In this document: positions 38,335-52,736 of the stretch, in pieces
How the letters are laid out: each line of letters begins with the position of its first letter
How positions within the stretch are numbered: the first letter of the stretch is position 1
From: Geosiphon pyriformis uo1
Lineage: Eukaryota; Fungi; Glomeromycota
Reading direction: 5' to 3'
DNA: 64,000 bases
NCBI GenBank assembly: GCA_016748015.1
Contig: JAAOMT010000239.1
Span: forward strand, 96,356 to 160,355
Notes under the pieces: generated by a model
Database searches by the model: none
Told to the model about the DNA's origin: nothing
What the model saw: the letters and a program-made list of their open reading frames with translations, nothing else
Translations under genes and position numbers: made by a program

Positions 38335-38920
38335 GCTTGCGATAAGTCGAATCTTCGGCACATTTGTTCGAATGCGCTACCGATACAAACACTATAAGGA
38401 ATTATGGTCTACATGGTCAAATTCGAGAATCGGTGATTCTAGGGTCATGCAAGATCTTTGTGAATTATCGTCTATGGATAGGGTTCACAACACAGAGTCT
38501 GTAAAAAGGCTTTACATGGCATTGGCAAAGGGGTTTGTTATAAAGTATTGGTATAGCAATGCGCTAAAGACCTTCAGATCCACTAAGACAGCCATTGTAA
38601 GATTGTGCTGATAATAGCACACAGGGAAAGGGTGTGGTTACCGACCGTGAAATTGAGAGCAGAATATGAGAAGCACAGTATGATTTATGGAATTTGTCTG
38701 GTTTGAGTGACAAGCTGAAATTTTTCTTGTATGTACAATCATTAGTTAGTCGCTTATGCACTTATGATAATGTAATGATGATATGTTGAATTGTGCGCAG
38801 TGTTGTCTTTATTGGCTCGGGTAGCTGGTCACGTGAAGAAAAAGTATGAGCTGCATCTACCATAAAATGTTTTCGGTTTTATGTGGTTGGGCCTCACTTT
38901 GTTGAGCAAATAAAAAAAAA
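38335..38920 (+). mobile_element. 5'-truncated 3' end of a LINE-like element with short poly(A)
   Basis: Frameshifted pieces VESSAHLFEC (end of the ORF2 zinc finger), LYMALAKGFVIKYWY and AHRERVWLPTVKLRAEYEKHSMI align with VYTVICKGFVFAGWF..FRDEIWLVWAKHCVFMEKNGLI of the element at 70-423. Ends AAATAAAAAAAAA. Confidence 0.7.
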
Positions 38921-39868
38921 CTATTTAAATAATTTGATTTAATTAATATTATTTTTTTGAAAATTTTATAAAATTTATAAATCATATATATATATTGTTG
39001 TTTTTATGATATTTTAGCTTATAAAAAATTAAAAATTTAAATATTAACGTTATTTTAATTCAAATTTATAATATCATTTTAATATAAAATAGTATTAAGA
39101 ATATAATAAAATCAATTTATTAAAATAGTCGTATAATGATTAAAAGACTTTAAGTAACTAATTTTACATTGAGTCTTAAATATAAAGATGATAAGCAAAC
39201 AAAAATTGATAAATTAATGTAATTTTATTATTCTTAAGTAATAAATATACATTTATTATTAAACTTCAATCTAAGAGAAAATAAATTTGAATTTAACATA
39301 TTAAAAAGTAATTTTTATTATTACAACAGTTTAAGTTACTCTGTTATTTAGAATTCTTTATTTACGTTAACTTAATTAATATGAAATTCCAAGTTTACTT
39401 ATTAATAAAATAGTTAATAAAATAATTAAAAAAATCTAATTTATAATAATTTATAACTATTGTAAAACAATTATTAATTATTAAGAATTAGCTAATAAAA
39501 AAGTTTGTAAAAAATAATTGCATTTTTTATGTGATCTTATTATATAATATACATATATGTAAATTAAATATAATAAATAAAAAATTAGTTTTGTTATTTC
39601 TATTTAAGAATATTAATTAGTAAAAATTCAAAAAAAATTCAAGTAAAAAATAATTATTAATTTTATTGTTAAAAACCAACAATGAAATTTAGTAAAAATA
39701 TTATTATATTATTTAATAATATATATTATTTTAAATAATTTTATTAAAACTTTAAACCAATTTAATTTAAATATATAAAACATTATTTTTCAACTATAAA
39801 ACTTAATAAAATAAAAATGTTTTAAAGATTTATATAATATAAAAAAACTCTTTCTCTTTTCTTATTTT

Positions 39869-42010
39869 ATGACCATAACCAGAGCAAAGAGTAAAAAAGT
39901 TTTAAACATTATTTTCTCTATAGTAACTCATAAAGTTTCAACAAAAAAGAGTTTTTCTATCATCAAAGCAGCTAAGCAGAATGATTTGGTAATGTTTTTT
40001 TAAATATTAGTAATGAAAAGCTATTTTTGGTGGCTTTTAAAGCATTTTTTTCATCTTTAATTGGTGGTTCTTTTCCAGTCAAAGTTTTTTCTAAGAAATA
40101 CATTCGAATCAGTTTTAGTATTGTTTTTACTCTTTCTAAAAGCCCTAAGTTTTTCAACAATAGACTAGTTAACAAGCTGGTTTTTTTCGTTTTTACTATC
40201 AACTCCATCATTATCTTTTTACAAATAGCCAAAAAGGCCAAGAAATCAAAAAAACAGCAGCAATTACTTGCATTTGCTATTATTATACTGAATTTTTTTA
40301 TGATTCTAGATAAAATCTTAAATAAAATTTCTTTAACAACAACCAGCCCTTTTTCTAATACAAATAACAATAACAATAGCATGTTTCTTAAAATAAAACA
40401 AGATCAATCACTAGTTGTATTGTCAAATATAGTGTTTTTTAGTAGATTATTACTAGTTTTAAAAGCAAAACAACTTATTGAGTTACTTGATTTCAAGAAT
40501 TGGGCTGATCAAATAGAAACTAAATTAATTTTTCTTTTTTTGTTTTCTGATGCTATTTTTAATAATATCTAAAAAATAATTTCCAATTATCAAAAGTTTT
40601 TTGGATGAATAATTTCTATTTTGGTGTTTAATGCTATCTTTAAAATCAAGTAAATTTTAGTTAATTTTTTGTTTTATTTGTTGTCTGGTTTTTGGGCTTA
40701 AGTTGGTTTTCAAAAACAACATTAAGTTGTTTTGTGTAAATTTTGCTTTTAAGACTTCTTTAATTACTGCCATTAAAGTTTTTATTAGTGGTTTTCTTTT
40801 TTTGACTACATTTAAAATTGTAAAATTTTCTGTAATGACTTTTGGTTCTTTTTTTCTTAATTTTGTTGTACTCTATAATGTTTTTCTTGGTATATTTTCT
40901 GATAATATTAAAAATACTTTTGGTATTGTTATTTTTATTAAATTAAAATCTGTTAATTTGTAGCAATATGCTGTTGTTAATTTCAAGGACTTTTTTTTTG
41001 CTGTTACTGCTGTTCTTAGTAATTAGTCTGTTTTGGTAAAAAAAACTATATTCAGATTTTTTTTTCTTAATTAAAAAGAAATTATTATTTTAAAAGATTT
41101 TTTTAAAGCCAAATTAATTAATTTTTTTTTGGCTGTACTGTTTTTGAAATCGGTAATATAATTTCTTAAGTTGGTAGTCATTCATGTTTCATTCTTTATT
41201 TTCTAGATTTTTATTATTGTTAATGCTTTGTTATTATCACTTTTAAATTTAGAAAAAGTTTAGAACTTGTTATAATAAAAACTAGTACTTGGTACAGATA
41301 TTATATTTGATGAAAAACTTTTGAAAGTTATTATTACTATAGGTATTAAAGTCTAAATTATTTGTTTGTTGACTATAAGATGTTTTTTTTTCTTTTTTTT
41401 AAGTTGTCTTTTAAATTAGTTGTTAATTTTTAACTTTTCATATTTTTTATTATTATTGACAAGTTTTATGCTATGGCTTTTGTTTTTTTGGCTTTTTTGG
41501 CTACTGTTTTTTTGGTTGTTTCTGCTGCTAATCCTGTTATTAAGTTTAGATTAAATTTTTTGAAGACTTAAATTTTGAGCTTGGCTGTTTTAGTGAAATT
41601 TTTTGTTAAGCTTATTGGTTTTTTGGTTATTTTAATTATTAGTTTTCTAAATAATAATGCTGTCAAAACTTTACAGATTAAAAAAAAATTGCTTTTTATA
41701 AAGTATGTTGTTAACAATTTATTCAATCTTTTAATTTGTGTTTTTAAAAATATTGTTGGTCTTAGATTTGAAGTTGATTTTAATAATATAGATTATAATA
41801 GAATGCTGACTGCTAAATCTTTTTTTTTGAGTAAGAACACTATTGAATATGTTATAATATTATAATATATGTTAAGTACTAATATAAAAAGTATTGAATC
41901 TATTAGATTGTTTCTTAGTAAGTTTATTTTTGATTTTAAAAACTTAAATAGTATTATTAAAATAATTAGTAGGCTGAATTTACTTTTTATTTTTTTTGTT
42001 TTAACATAGT
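39869..42010 (+). mobile_element. Heavily mutated ORF1-like retroelement relic
   Basis: Begins MTITRAKSKK; fragments SKSPKFFNNRLVNKLVF, AKKAKKSKKQQQ and WADQIE resemble a high-copy Glomeromycota retroelement ORF1 as recalled. Strongly T-enriched with many stops. Confidence 0.6.
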
Positions 42011-43334
42011 GTTGTTTTAATTAGCTTAAATATTTGGTCATATGTAAAAAATACATAATTTATATTTAGTTTAGATTACTTAATTTGATATATTATTTTA
42101 AATTGTGTTTGGGCCTTATTTATTAAATATAATAAAAAAAATTTATATAAAAAATAAAACAATAAAAGCATAATATAATTGTTTATTATAATTATATTGT
42201 TATTATTTAAATTATTTAATAGTATTATTAATAATTTTTCTATTTTTTTAAAAGTATTTTAATTTTTTTAAGTTAATTAAATATATTGTTTTTTCAAATT
42301 CAATAATTCTATACTGTTGTTAAATATTTAACCAATTTTAATAGCTTAAAAATTCAATTAATTATAAGTAAATAATATAAACTTATTTTTAATTTAAATA
42401 TAATAAGTAATTGTTTTTTTGATGTTTTTTTTTAAATAAATTTTTCGTTAATTTTTATTTAGTTAAAAAAATTTGGTTTGATAAATTATATTTATTTCAA
42501 GTATTAAAACTAATATATTCTGTTGTAAAATACATTTTTTTTAGAAAAAACAAGCCCTTTTTTTATTAATTTCTTTTAAATACTATTATTTTAGTTTAAT
42601 TTTAATTAAAATAATTGAAATTTATATTATTACATATTTTAAGATAATATATATTTTAATTTAGTATTTAGTTACATTTATGTATTAATGCAAATTGATT
42701 GTAATAATTAATGTAAAAATCAGAAATTTTGTATAAATAAAAATTGAATAATTAATGTAACTTGTAAACAATAATAATTAAAAATAATTTTTAAGCAAAT
42801 TAATAACTAATAACAACAGTTCTGAAAGTAAATAAAGTATTTTAAAATAATACTTTGCAAAAATTTATTAAAATTTATATTTCAAATAAATAAAAAAAGT
42901 AGCAAGCAAAAAAAAATAGGTTGATATCTTTATAAATTTTTTTTTTGCTTTTTGTAAAAATTACTATTAAACGAAAATACAAAAAGAATCAATACTTTTC
43001 AAATTGCTCAATTATCAAATATTTAAAATCACTTGTACATATATATATAAAAAACTCATTAATTACTATGTTATTAAATGAACCAAATTTTGTTTTAATA
43101 ATAATTGGAAAAAGCCTTAATTTTAAATAAACAGTATTTTTCAAACACAATTGAACATTTGGTACGAGAGAAAAACAAAAATCCTAAAGCATACAAAAAA
43201 TTTCATATTAAATTTTATATCAATAAAATCTTTTGCTTTTGGTCTTTTTAATGATATATTAATCATATTATTTCGTGTAGATAGCATGAAAAATCATGGT
43301 AAAATGTAATATGAAAAAAAAACTAATTCCAAAG

Positions 43335-43534
43335 AGAAGAGTTGGAATAAGGGGAAAGGTAATATTTGGTTTTTGACCATTTAAAATAGGATTTCGTCAT
43401 GAGAATAATCATGAAAGAGAGGTTTTCCTGTTTCTTGATAAATACTTCCGCATTTGGCGAACGCCATTATAATCCCGTATTCGAGGGTTTCAGCGTTTTG
43501 TCCCATATAAATAAATAATAATTAAATGTTAAGG

Positions 43535-43578
<44 letters not shown>

Positions 43579-43605
43579 TTGATTACCTTTTTAAAGACTT
43601 CATCT
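43335..43605 (-). pseudogene. Miniaturised TKL kinase relic (multiple internal deletions)
   Basis: Minus strand in order: EVFKK|GTAAT donor, intron with (ATT)n, QNAETLEYGIIMAFA, MRKYLS, then directly TGKPLFHDYSHDEI..ILNGQKPNITFPLIP. Confidence 0.75.
43538..43578. repeat. (AAT)n microsatellite
   Basis: About 13 units. Confidence 0.95.
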
Positions 43606-43910
43606 TGAAAAGCTTTGTAAAAATCTTCAAAAAATATGTATTAGCATGTAGCACAATAGTTATTTCCATTTTTTTGAATGTTTTCTTGACATGAAATTCT
43701 GAATGAATTTTCTTAATTTCTTTGTTTGGATAAAATATGAATAGATTCGTTGTTAGAGAATGTCGATAAAATATTATTTGTTTTATATTTTCATATTATC
43801 ATGTTTCATAATCATGTACTCTTTAACTTTGAAAAATGATGTTTTTCGCCAAAATGGAAATACAATAATAAATTTAATATATTATATATTTTTTTTGAAT
43901 TTTAAAAATT

Positions 43911-43911
<1 letters not shown>

Positions 43912-43948
<37 letters not shown>
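43912..43948. repeat. (TAT)n microsatellite
   Basis: About 12 units; reverse complement of the (AAT)n tract at 43538. Confidence 0.95.
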
Positions 43949-44035
43949 TTGAAGGGTTCATTCTTATTTATTTTTTATTATATATTTATATACTTAATCT
44001 AATTATCTATTTATCATTCTTTCAGTTTTTGATAG

Positions 44036-45006
44036 TTAAATATTCAAAGAACCATGTTTAATAATAACGATAGCAATTTCCTATACAATGTATCTAAAAT
44101 ATATGGAATTTCCCAAAACACTAAAACATTTGAATATAGAATTGTGATACAACTTGCTCGATATGGAGACATGCGGAAGCATTTATCAAAAAATTTTCAT
44201 TATATGAGTTGGGAAGATAAATTATTGATCGCGTCTGATATAGCTTCTGGACTTTCTTCAATTCATTCTTCTGGTATGATTCATCGTGACCTACTTTCGG
44301 GCAATATCCTACAATATTATTCACGATCGGTACAAATTGGAGACCTCGGATTATGTCAATCTACAAACAATGGAGAAAAAACAGCAGGGGTGGAGAAAAA
44401 GATATTTGGAGTGATTCCATATATTCCACCAGAAGTTTTAAGAGGAGAAAAGTTTACGACAGCTGGGGATATTTATAGTTTTGCCATAATATTATGTGAA
44501 TTGGCAACAGAAAAACCTCCCTTTCATGTTTATCCTTATGACGAAATCTTTATAATGGCTATTTTAAATGGTCAAAGACTTAATATTACCTCCCCCCTTA
44601 TTCCACCTTCTATAGGTAAACTGATTGAAAAATGTTGGAATGCTAATTCTAAGAATCATCCTACTGCTAAAGAAGTTTGGAAGAAGTCGGGAAAACTTGA
44701 AAATTTGTACAATAATATATTTAAAAGATGGATATACTTTAGGACAATAAAATTTTCAAAAGGCATTCAACCCCTTAAAAAGACTATGAAACACGATAAG
44801 AAATTAATTCATACAGGAGCAGTTTATAAAAGTCATCCTTAACTGCTCAAATGGTTAATTTTTCTAAAGATTAGTTCATTTAATTTCAAAATGACTGATT
44901 AGGTTATTAGTTAAATTGAATATGCTAAACTTTGCTTTTTATTTTGCTTTTTAAAAGAATTAATCTATTTGACTGAAAGTAATGAAGTTGAATAAATTTT
45001 CGAATG
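44036..45006 (+). pseudogene. TKL kinase lacking its N-lobe exon (probable pseudogene)
   Basis: HRDLLSGN, IGDLGL, GVIPYIPPE and GDIYSFAIIL present. No GxGxxG/VAIK exon upstream of the acceptor at 44035; frameshift at AVYKSH; eroded consensus (QRLNI, WNANS, HPTA). Confidence 0.8.
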
Positions 45007-48000
45007 AAATTTATGTATTTTATTTATTTTATTATTTATTATGTTTAAATAAGTTTAAACTTCAAAATAATTAATCTATTATTAGAAAATATTAAAATAA
45101 TATTTATAAATAGTTAAAAGTTTTTAAAGATAAGATAAATATTAAAAATACTAAAAAAGTTATTTAGTTAATAATTATGTTTTTTGGTTTTATATATATA
45201 TATATATATATATTTAGGTATTTAATATATTATATTGTAAAATATTATAACCAAAAAAAGCAAAAAAACATTGATATTTAATTAAATAATTAAAATAACT
45301 ATAAAAAACAAAAATAATTATTTAGAAAAAATACAAAATATGTAAATTATATTAATTATTTTAATAAAATTAACAAAAATAAACAATTTTACATTATTAT
45401 AAAATATTAAGTTAATTTTAAACATATATATTAAAACAAAAAAAAAACAACTTGATTTAAATTGAAACTTTTTTTCCTAATGCAAAATAATAATTTTAAA
45501 TTAAATAAACACTTTTAATAAGGTAGTTTTTATTAAATATACAATAAAACTATTTAATATGTTATTTAATTCTTTTAGATTGAATTTACAAGATCACGTG
45601 TTCTATATGGAGTTCTCAACCCAACTATATTTTTTTAAGACATGAAAACTAAATCATCTATTCATTGTACAAATAGAAACTAATTAATCCTTTTAGTTAA
45701 AAAATAAATTCCTTATTCTGTATTGGCGTTATTGTGCTTGAATAAAATTAAATCATTAAGGCTAATAGCTAATAATAATTTTGTGAATAGCGTTATTTTT
45801 TAAAAGTTTAAGAAATAAATAATTGGACTTGGAACTCAATAATTGTTGCTTTTAAAATAATTGTTTAGAAATTAAATGTGCTAAAAGTCATTTAAATGGT
45901 TTTGGTTTAAAAAAGCCCATTCGTTTTTTTCGGATTTGGTTATAGATATTAGAGTTGTATTAAGTATGTAATATAATTTTAAATTACATTTATTTTAGAA
46001 CATATTTTATTGTATTATAGTAGATAGTAGTTAAGTCTCACTTATAAAATAAAATAATATTAAAACTTTAAGATTTTTGTAATAATAATTATTTTATTAT
46101 TATTATTTAAAAAAACTTTATTTAAAAAAAAACTTTTGACCAAAAAAAACAATGTTTTTAAAACAATTAAAAGTTGTTATTTAACTGTTTTTAATTATTA
46201 TAAAGCAAATTTTTTAAGTATTTAAATAGTAGTAATAATTCTTACTTAAACATAATTTTTTGTAATTTAAAATTATATAATTAAATTAAGTTTTATTTTT
46301 ATTGCAATTTAATTGTTATTTGATAAAAATAAAATTTAAAACTAAATTATATTATTATTTTATAAATAAAAAAATGGTGTTTGGTGTTTTGTTTTTTATT
46401 TGAAATTAATTTATTTTTAATAAGTTTAATAAATAATAATAATTTAATGTAAATATTATTTTTTAAGAAATAAAATATTATTTTCTAAATTTTATTTTAT
46501 TTAATATATTTATAAAAAAATATATTCAATGTTACAAAAAAATTAATGTTAATTTTAAAAAAAATATATATATATATTCTTAATAAAAAATTTTATATAT
46601 AAAAATTAGTATATAATTATAATTATAATATTTAAAAAACATTAATATAGTTATTACAAAGATTATTATACTAATAAAAAGTTTTGTATTTTTATAATAT
46701 AAAAAAATTTAGGTATTTAATTGTAAAAACCCGATTTAATTTAAATAATTAAATATAATAAAAAATAATAGTATTATTAAATAAAAAGTTTATTATAGTA
46801 ATATAAAGTAGTTTGTGTGTAATTTATATATAATATATATAATAATTATATTGTATAAAAATAATTAGTTGTTGAGTTATACTTTTAATTTTATTTATAA
46901 TAATATAATAATATAAAAATATAAAAATTTACAATATTTTTATAAATATATATTTAAAAGTAAATTTTTAAAACAAATTAAAAATATATTTTTAATATTA
47001 TATTTATGAATGAATTAATAAAAAATTTTTTTTTTTCTTTGTAAAAATTTTTAATTACTAAAAGCTAAAAAGTTATTAAATATTGTTAAAACACTAAAAT
47101 GCAAAGCTTTTTATTTAAAAGTAAATTTTTTTGATAACAAGAGGAGTTTTATTATATTATTAAAAACTTATTTAAAAATATTACCAAATTTGGTTTTAAA
47201 AAAAAGTGGTTTAATTTATTTAAAAGAGCAAATTATATAAAAAATACAACATAATTAAATATTAAAAGCTTTTGAAATAATGATAAAAACAGTAGCAAGA
47301 AAAAAAAATAAAAAAATAGTACTGAAATGATAAAGTTTATAACTCTTTCTAATAATGAATATATATATATATATATATTATTATTATTACAATTAGTATG
47401 AAAATTTTTAAAAACAAAATAGTTAAATATCTTAATTAATGATAAACACTAACATAAGATAAAAGGAAAAGTGGCAAAAGGAGATATTTTGAGATAAAAT
47501 AAATTTCCATGTGAAAATAAGATAGAACAAAACGGCATAAAAGTATGTCATTCTCTTAATTGAAATTTTTGATTTCGACACAATACCTCTTTTATCTTAC
47601 ATATAAAAATTTAGCATTTCCTTTAATAATGAGTAGAAAATCTTGAATTTTATTAACTCTATAAAATAATAATTGAAAAGAAATCAGAAATTCATCTAAA
47701 TAAATAAGATTTATTTTGGTAAAAAATGATATGGATGTTTTAAATCAACAAAATTTTTATATATATATATAAATTCAAAACTTTAAATAGAAAGAGAACT
47801 TTTTATTCCTATTTGCATTTTGTTTAGAATTTAAAAGAGTGAGAATAAATAAATCAAGTTTCTAAATAACTCGGGTCTTTTCTAACCTTGTTAGGATGAC
47901 AAACCATTGATTTTTTAAATGTAATTTTTTTCTTGTCGTTTAAAAATAATTTTTTATGTGAAATATTAAACATACGAATCGAAATTGTAATAATAATTAC

Positions 48001-51000
48001 ATTAAAAACTGAATATAAATTTTTGAATAAAATGAGCTATTTTAAAAAAATTTCATTTGTATGCAAAATAATAATTGATGGCTGAAAACTAAAAATGTTC
48101 ATCTTAAAAAATCAAGCAAAATTGCAATTAACAATTTTGAACTAATTTTTTTTTCTTTGTTTTTTTATTTGGAGAATAAATACCCAAAAATAACAAAATT
48201 AAATGAGGCATCGTGAAGTTGCCAAAAATCTGTGAACAGACTGTAACTTAGTAGAATATTTCAATAGCTGATGAAAAATTAAATTAATCTCCTTGTTTTT
48301 AAATTTGTTATTGAAAAATTTGAAACAAAGGTTTTCATTCAAAATTTTTTTGAAGATGAGCCTCTAAAACCTCAACAGATATATATATTCAAAGGCTTCA
48401 GCAGTTTTTACTCGAATTAGCAATTTGTGAAAAGGTAATAAAATTATTACTTGCCTTTGCAAGATAGTAGACTATTTTTTCTAAATTAAGAGCCATGGAA
48501 AGCAATGGCAAGCTTATATCAAAAGATAAATTGAAATTTTATTCATAATATCTTCAAAAAGGAACAGATTTAATCCAACCATTAAATTTATTTACTGGAC
48601 AATAATAATAATAACTTTAAAATTTGTGTAGAAAATTTTTACAAATTTCTAAAGTTTAAAAGTTTGGAACTTTTTAATATCACTATCACAAAAATTGAGA
48701 ATTTTAAAATACGATAGATTTTTTTGCTTTCAATTGTCAATTAACTGAAATAGGATCATGTTAAAGGTTTATTATAAGCTTTTTCTCAAACATATCTAAT
48801 AAAACTTTGAAAAAAATCTAATGTTATTATATATTATAAATCAATTAAATGGAAAAATATTCATGTTGAAATACTCAAAAAGCTCAAATTGACATGTTGT
48901 AAAAGGATTTCATCGATAACCTATCGGTAATCCGATTAGCCCATACATATATATATATATATATAGGGTCAAGGCTTAGAGTGAACATCAGATCAAATTA
49001 AAAGCTAAAAGCAGATCCTTTCACCGATTTGGGGCAGTTTTTAATCAAGATGGTTTTGAGCAATCAAAAATTAACATAAAATAGCTCCATCTTTGTGGTT
49101 TAGAATCTACATAATACTTAGACTAGCAATAAAAATTTTCAAGAAAGCATATGATTTCAATTTTGGTAGACAAGTTTCCTTTCAAGTATATGGTTTTGCT
49201 AAAAGACAAATAAAACATTCAATAAAAGGAACCTCAACAAACTGCTTAGTCAATTTAACCTTTTACTGAGTAAAAAGGTTTTTTTTGGTCAAAAATCTTA
49301 TTTTATTCTTGACTTGAAGATTTTAAATTTGGGCAAAAAAGCAACCACATTTGTTTCTTCTAAACTTTTTAAAACTCAAAAAAAAAAAAAAGTTTATGAA
49401 AACCTACTTTATCAATATTCTACCACAAATGAATTTGTTAGTTTGGAAAGATTCTCAAACTGAATCACTTGTTATTTCTGTCATAGGCTTCGATTTTCAT
49501 GATAAGAATAGGAGTGTTTTTTTGGTCTAAAAACGGTTTTTACTTTATCCGTCGTACTCAATGGAACCTACGATCTTTGGCCCTTGTGTTCACAATAAAT
49601 TTCTTGTATCACACTTAGAACTACTGCCTATTGAATTAGAGTCATTGGCTATTATATATTCTTGAAAAATATTTTCTAGGCTGATGAACCCCCCACCTAA
49701 TGATTAGTTTACAAATATTTTCAATTATTCATTCTTCTTGCTTGGTATTGTTTTTTAAGTGACATCGATTGTTGACTTTGGCTGTAGAATTCTTAATAAA
49801 CAAAATGAATATCAGTCACTGGTAACCAAGAAACTCGTTAAAATCGGGTTTCAATTTGTCAAACAGTCTTTCAAGTTTTTTTTTTTTTTTTTTTTTTTGA
49901 GGCTGACGAATGTTGTTGATAAGCTTACCCGTTTTCTATTAATGGATATAGTTCATTTGAAACTCTAAAAAAAGTAAAATTTTCAATTTCTCTGTTAAAC
50001 ACTTGGGTATTCATGAATAAGTAAAAACTACTATAGATAAAATTTTCAACTCTCATATTTTTTTTTAAAGAAAGCATCATCTTTTGTAAAATCCTTAGAT
50101 TCCCAAATATTTATTAAAATAAAAAAGATAAATAGATAAAAAATTAAGATAATATGAAAATCAATATTTAATATGAAATTTTTTCATAACAGATATATTA
50201 GATTTTCAGCAAAATAAATAGTGTGATTTTTTCTATATTTATTTTTATCCCCTTTTCCAAGCGGAAATTCGAGTACTGGATAAATATTGAAATGACAATG
50301 ATCTTGTTATCTTTGAAACCGTGATATCATTAAATAATAATGATGATAACTCTTATAATAGATCATAGCTATTGTTATGATAGATTTGATTGCCAGATAA
50401 ATTTGAATACTAAATTAGACAAATAGAGTAAGTCTCATTGATATCTTTTTTAACAATGGGAATTTTTTTTAAGATTTTATTGATCAAAAATATTTTTAAA
50501 CCAAAACTTCCCCAATATATGGATTTTTTAACTTAATTTTTATAATTTTTGGGGTTGAAAAAATCCGATGGAGATGTTCTCTTTAAATCATCATCTGAAT
50601 TTTTTTTAAGTTTCCACAATGGGGATGATTGCAATCAATGAGAAACTTAAAAGCTGTTATTGGATAAAGCATAACAAATTTTTATTTACATCTTGAGCTT
50701 TTAACATATATATTGAACCAATGACCTTGATAGTGAATTTATAAGAATTTTTCTTATATTGACAGGCATAATTTGAGTTTATACTGAAGGAAAAGGTCAC
50801 CTAAACCATCGTTATCAAAGTTCAGAATTTTTATTTGATTTTAAAATTAAGAAGTAATTATTTCTTTGTAGACCTGTATGTTGACTAAACATGGTTTGAT
50901 CTGCTCATATTTTTTATATAAATGTTAAGTACTAGTAAACAAAATGCAGAAGAATTTCAAATATTGGTTTAGATATATATGTTTAGCAGTTAAAATAAAG

Positions 51001-52355
51001 TTTTTTTAATAATCCCAAATCGTTCATGAAATCCATATTAATATATTAACTTCAAAGTAACCTCAACGTTGCTCTCACGATCGATGGTCAAAATTTTTGG
51101 GAATTTTTTTTTTTTCGCAGATTCATTTCGATCTAACATTACTTTAAAGCTTGTGACTTTGACATTTTAATACTTTCATGCTGACCAAGATGATACCATA
51201 ATGATGTCTAAGCATTTTCGCCTATAATGAAAGATTCAAAACTTAAGTTGAAAATTCACATTAGTGAGCCAATCAATGATAGCGATCCTAACGTTTAGTG
51301 AAATGTTTGCTTATATTTTTCTTTTTCAAATACTAATAAGAGACTAGCACGTGAAGTTCTTTAAAGCTATAGTAATTTTTATTTCTTTGTCAGCAAACAC
51401 AATTTGAATAACGAGTAAAGATTTTTTTTAATATGATTTTCTAAATTTCCGATTATTGCTTTTGCGATTTTCTATCCGAAAAAAGAATCCATGTTTTTCA
51501 ATTTCCGTTTGTAAATACTTTTAAAGAATTTACCTTTCGTTACTGATTGACTGAACAAAACAAAAGACATGTATCGATAAGTTCATGCCTTTGTTGCTAT
51601 TGTAAGCTGTCAGGAATTTTTTAAGGCTGGATAAATAAGTTAATCAGTAAAATATTTGCCTTTGTTTGTTCTTAAATTTAATGGGAAAGTTCTCTCGTAT
51701 TATCAATATTCTTCGATATGATTTAAAGTTGGGAAAATTAAGAATAAAATATTTTTCTTTTGATCTCGATTTTAAGGCTCGAGCGTAAAATCTAATTTTC
51801 ATTTCAAAAATAGGAAGAGTTCAAAAAACTTTTTACCAAATCGGAACAATGTGAGATGATCTTGTGGCAAAAAAGTAGTAAATTTTTTTTGAATTGAAAA
51901 CTTTATTGATCAGAGAAAAAAGTATTAGAGATAACAGTAGTTTGGTTTTTTTTTTTCACTAAGCTGTTTGTATAAATTTTTCTTTTATCAACATCAAATA
52001 TGATACTAAGATTTTTCAAAACACCAATATATCCGGTTTTTATATAAATGATAAAATGCTTACTGATATACAATTAACTATCCTAAAAATCAAATGTTCA
52101 TCTGTCTTTACTTTTAATTTTTAGGATTATTCATGGCTGAAAATTTGGCTAGCTTTATTTTTTTGTAAAACTTACATTTGCGCTTATGGATCGATTTTGA
52201 TAGTTTCTTATGTATTATTAGAAGATTATTATTAATTTTTGGTGACCATTAAATTTTGAAATTTTTTGCTTCGCCTGCGAATTCAAAAGAAAATTGAAAA
52301 GTGATTGAGATTAAACGGAAAATAAGGAAAAAAGTTTTTTGCATATTTTTGGTGT

Positions 52356-52358
<3 letters not shown>

Positions 52359-52404
<46 letters not shown>
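52359..52404. repeat. (AG)n microsatellite
   Basis: About 23 units. Confidence 0.97.
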
Positions 52405-52408
<4 letters not shown>

Positions 52409-52736
52409 CATCAATTTGATTTACAAAGAACGACATAAAATTTGCCTCAAAATTTAAGTTAAGATGGAATGAATGTAAAACCGAAAACGAAAGAATCCAA
52501 TACGAAAAATAATAGATAGAGCCGAATTTCGCCTTTACTCGTTTCATTAAATCAACCAAAAAGTTTTCCAAACTCGGTCATGAAACGTATTTACTTTTCA
52601 AGATTAACATTAATTACAGTAATTAAGAAGAAATGAAAAAAGATTAATACAAAACTCATCAAAATTAAATATTATCACCCATCTCAGAAAATTTTTTTTT
52701 TCCCCTTATTCCCATATTTACTTTAGATATTATCAA

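Noticed and set aside
52311-52571. ORF with SLSLSL run (and the IIIII-run ORF at 43760-44002)
   Set aside because: Translations of microsatellites.
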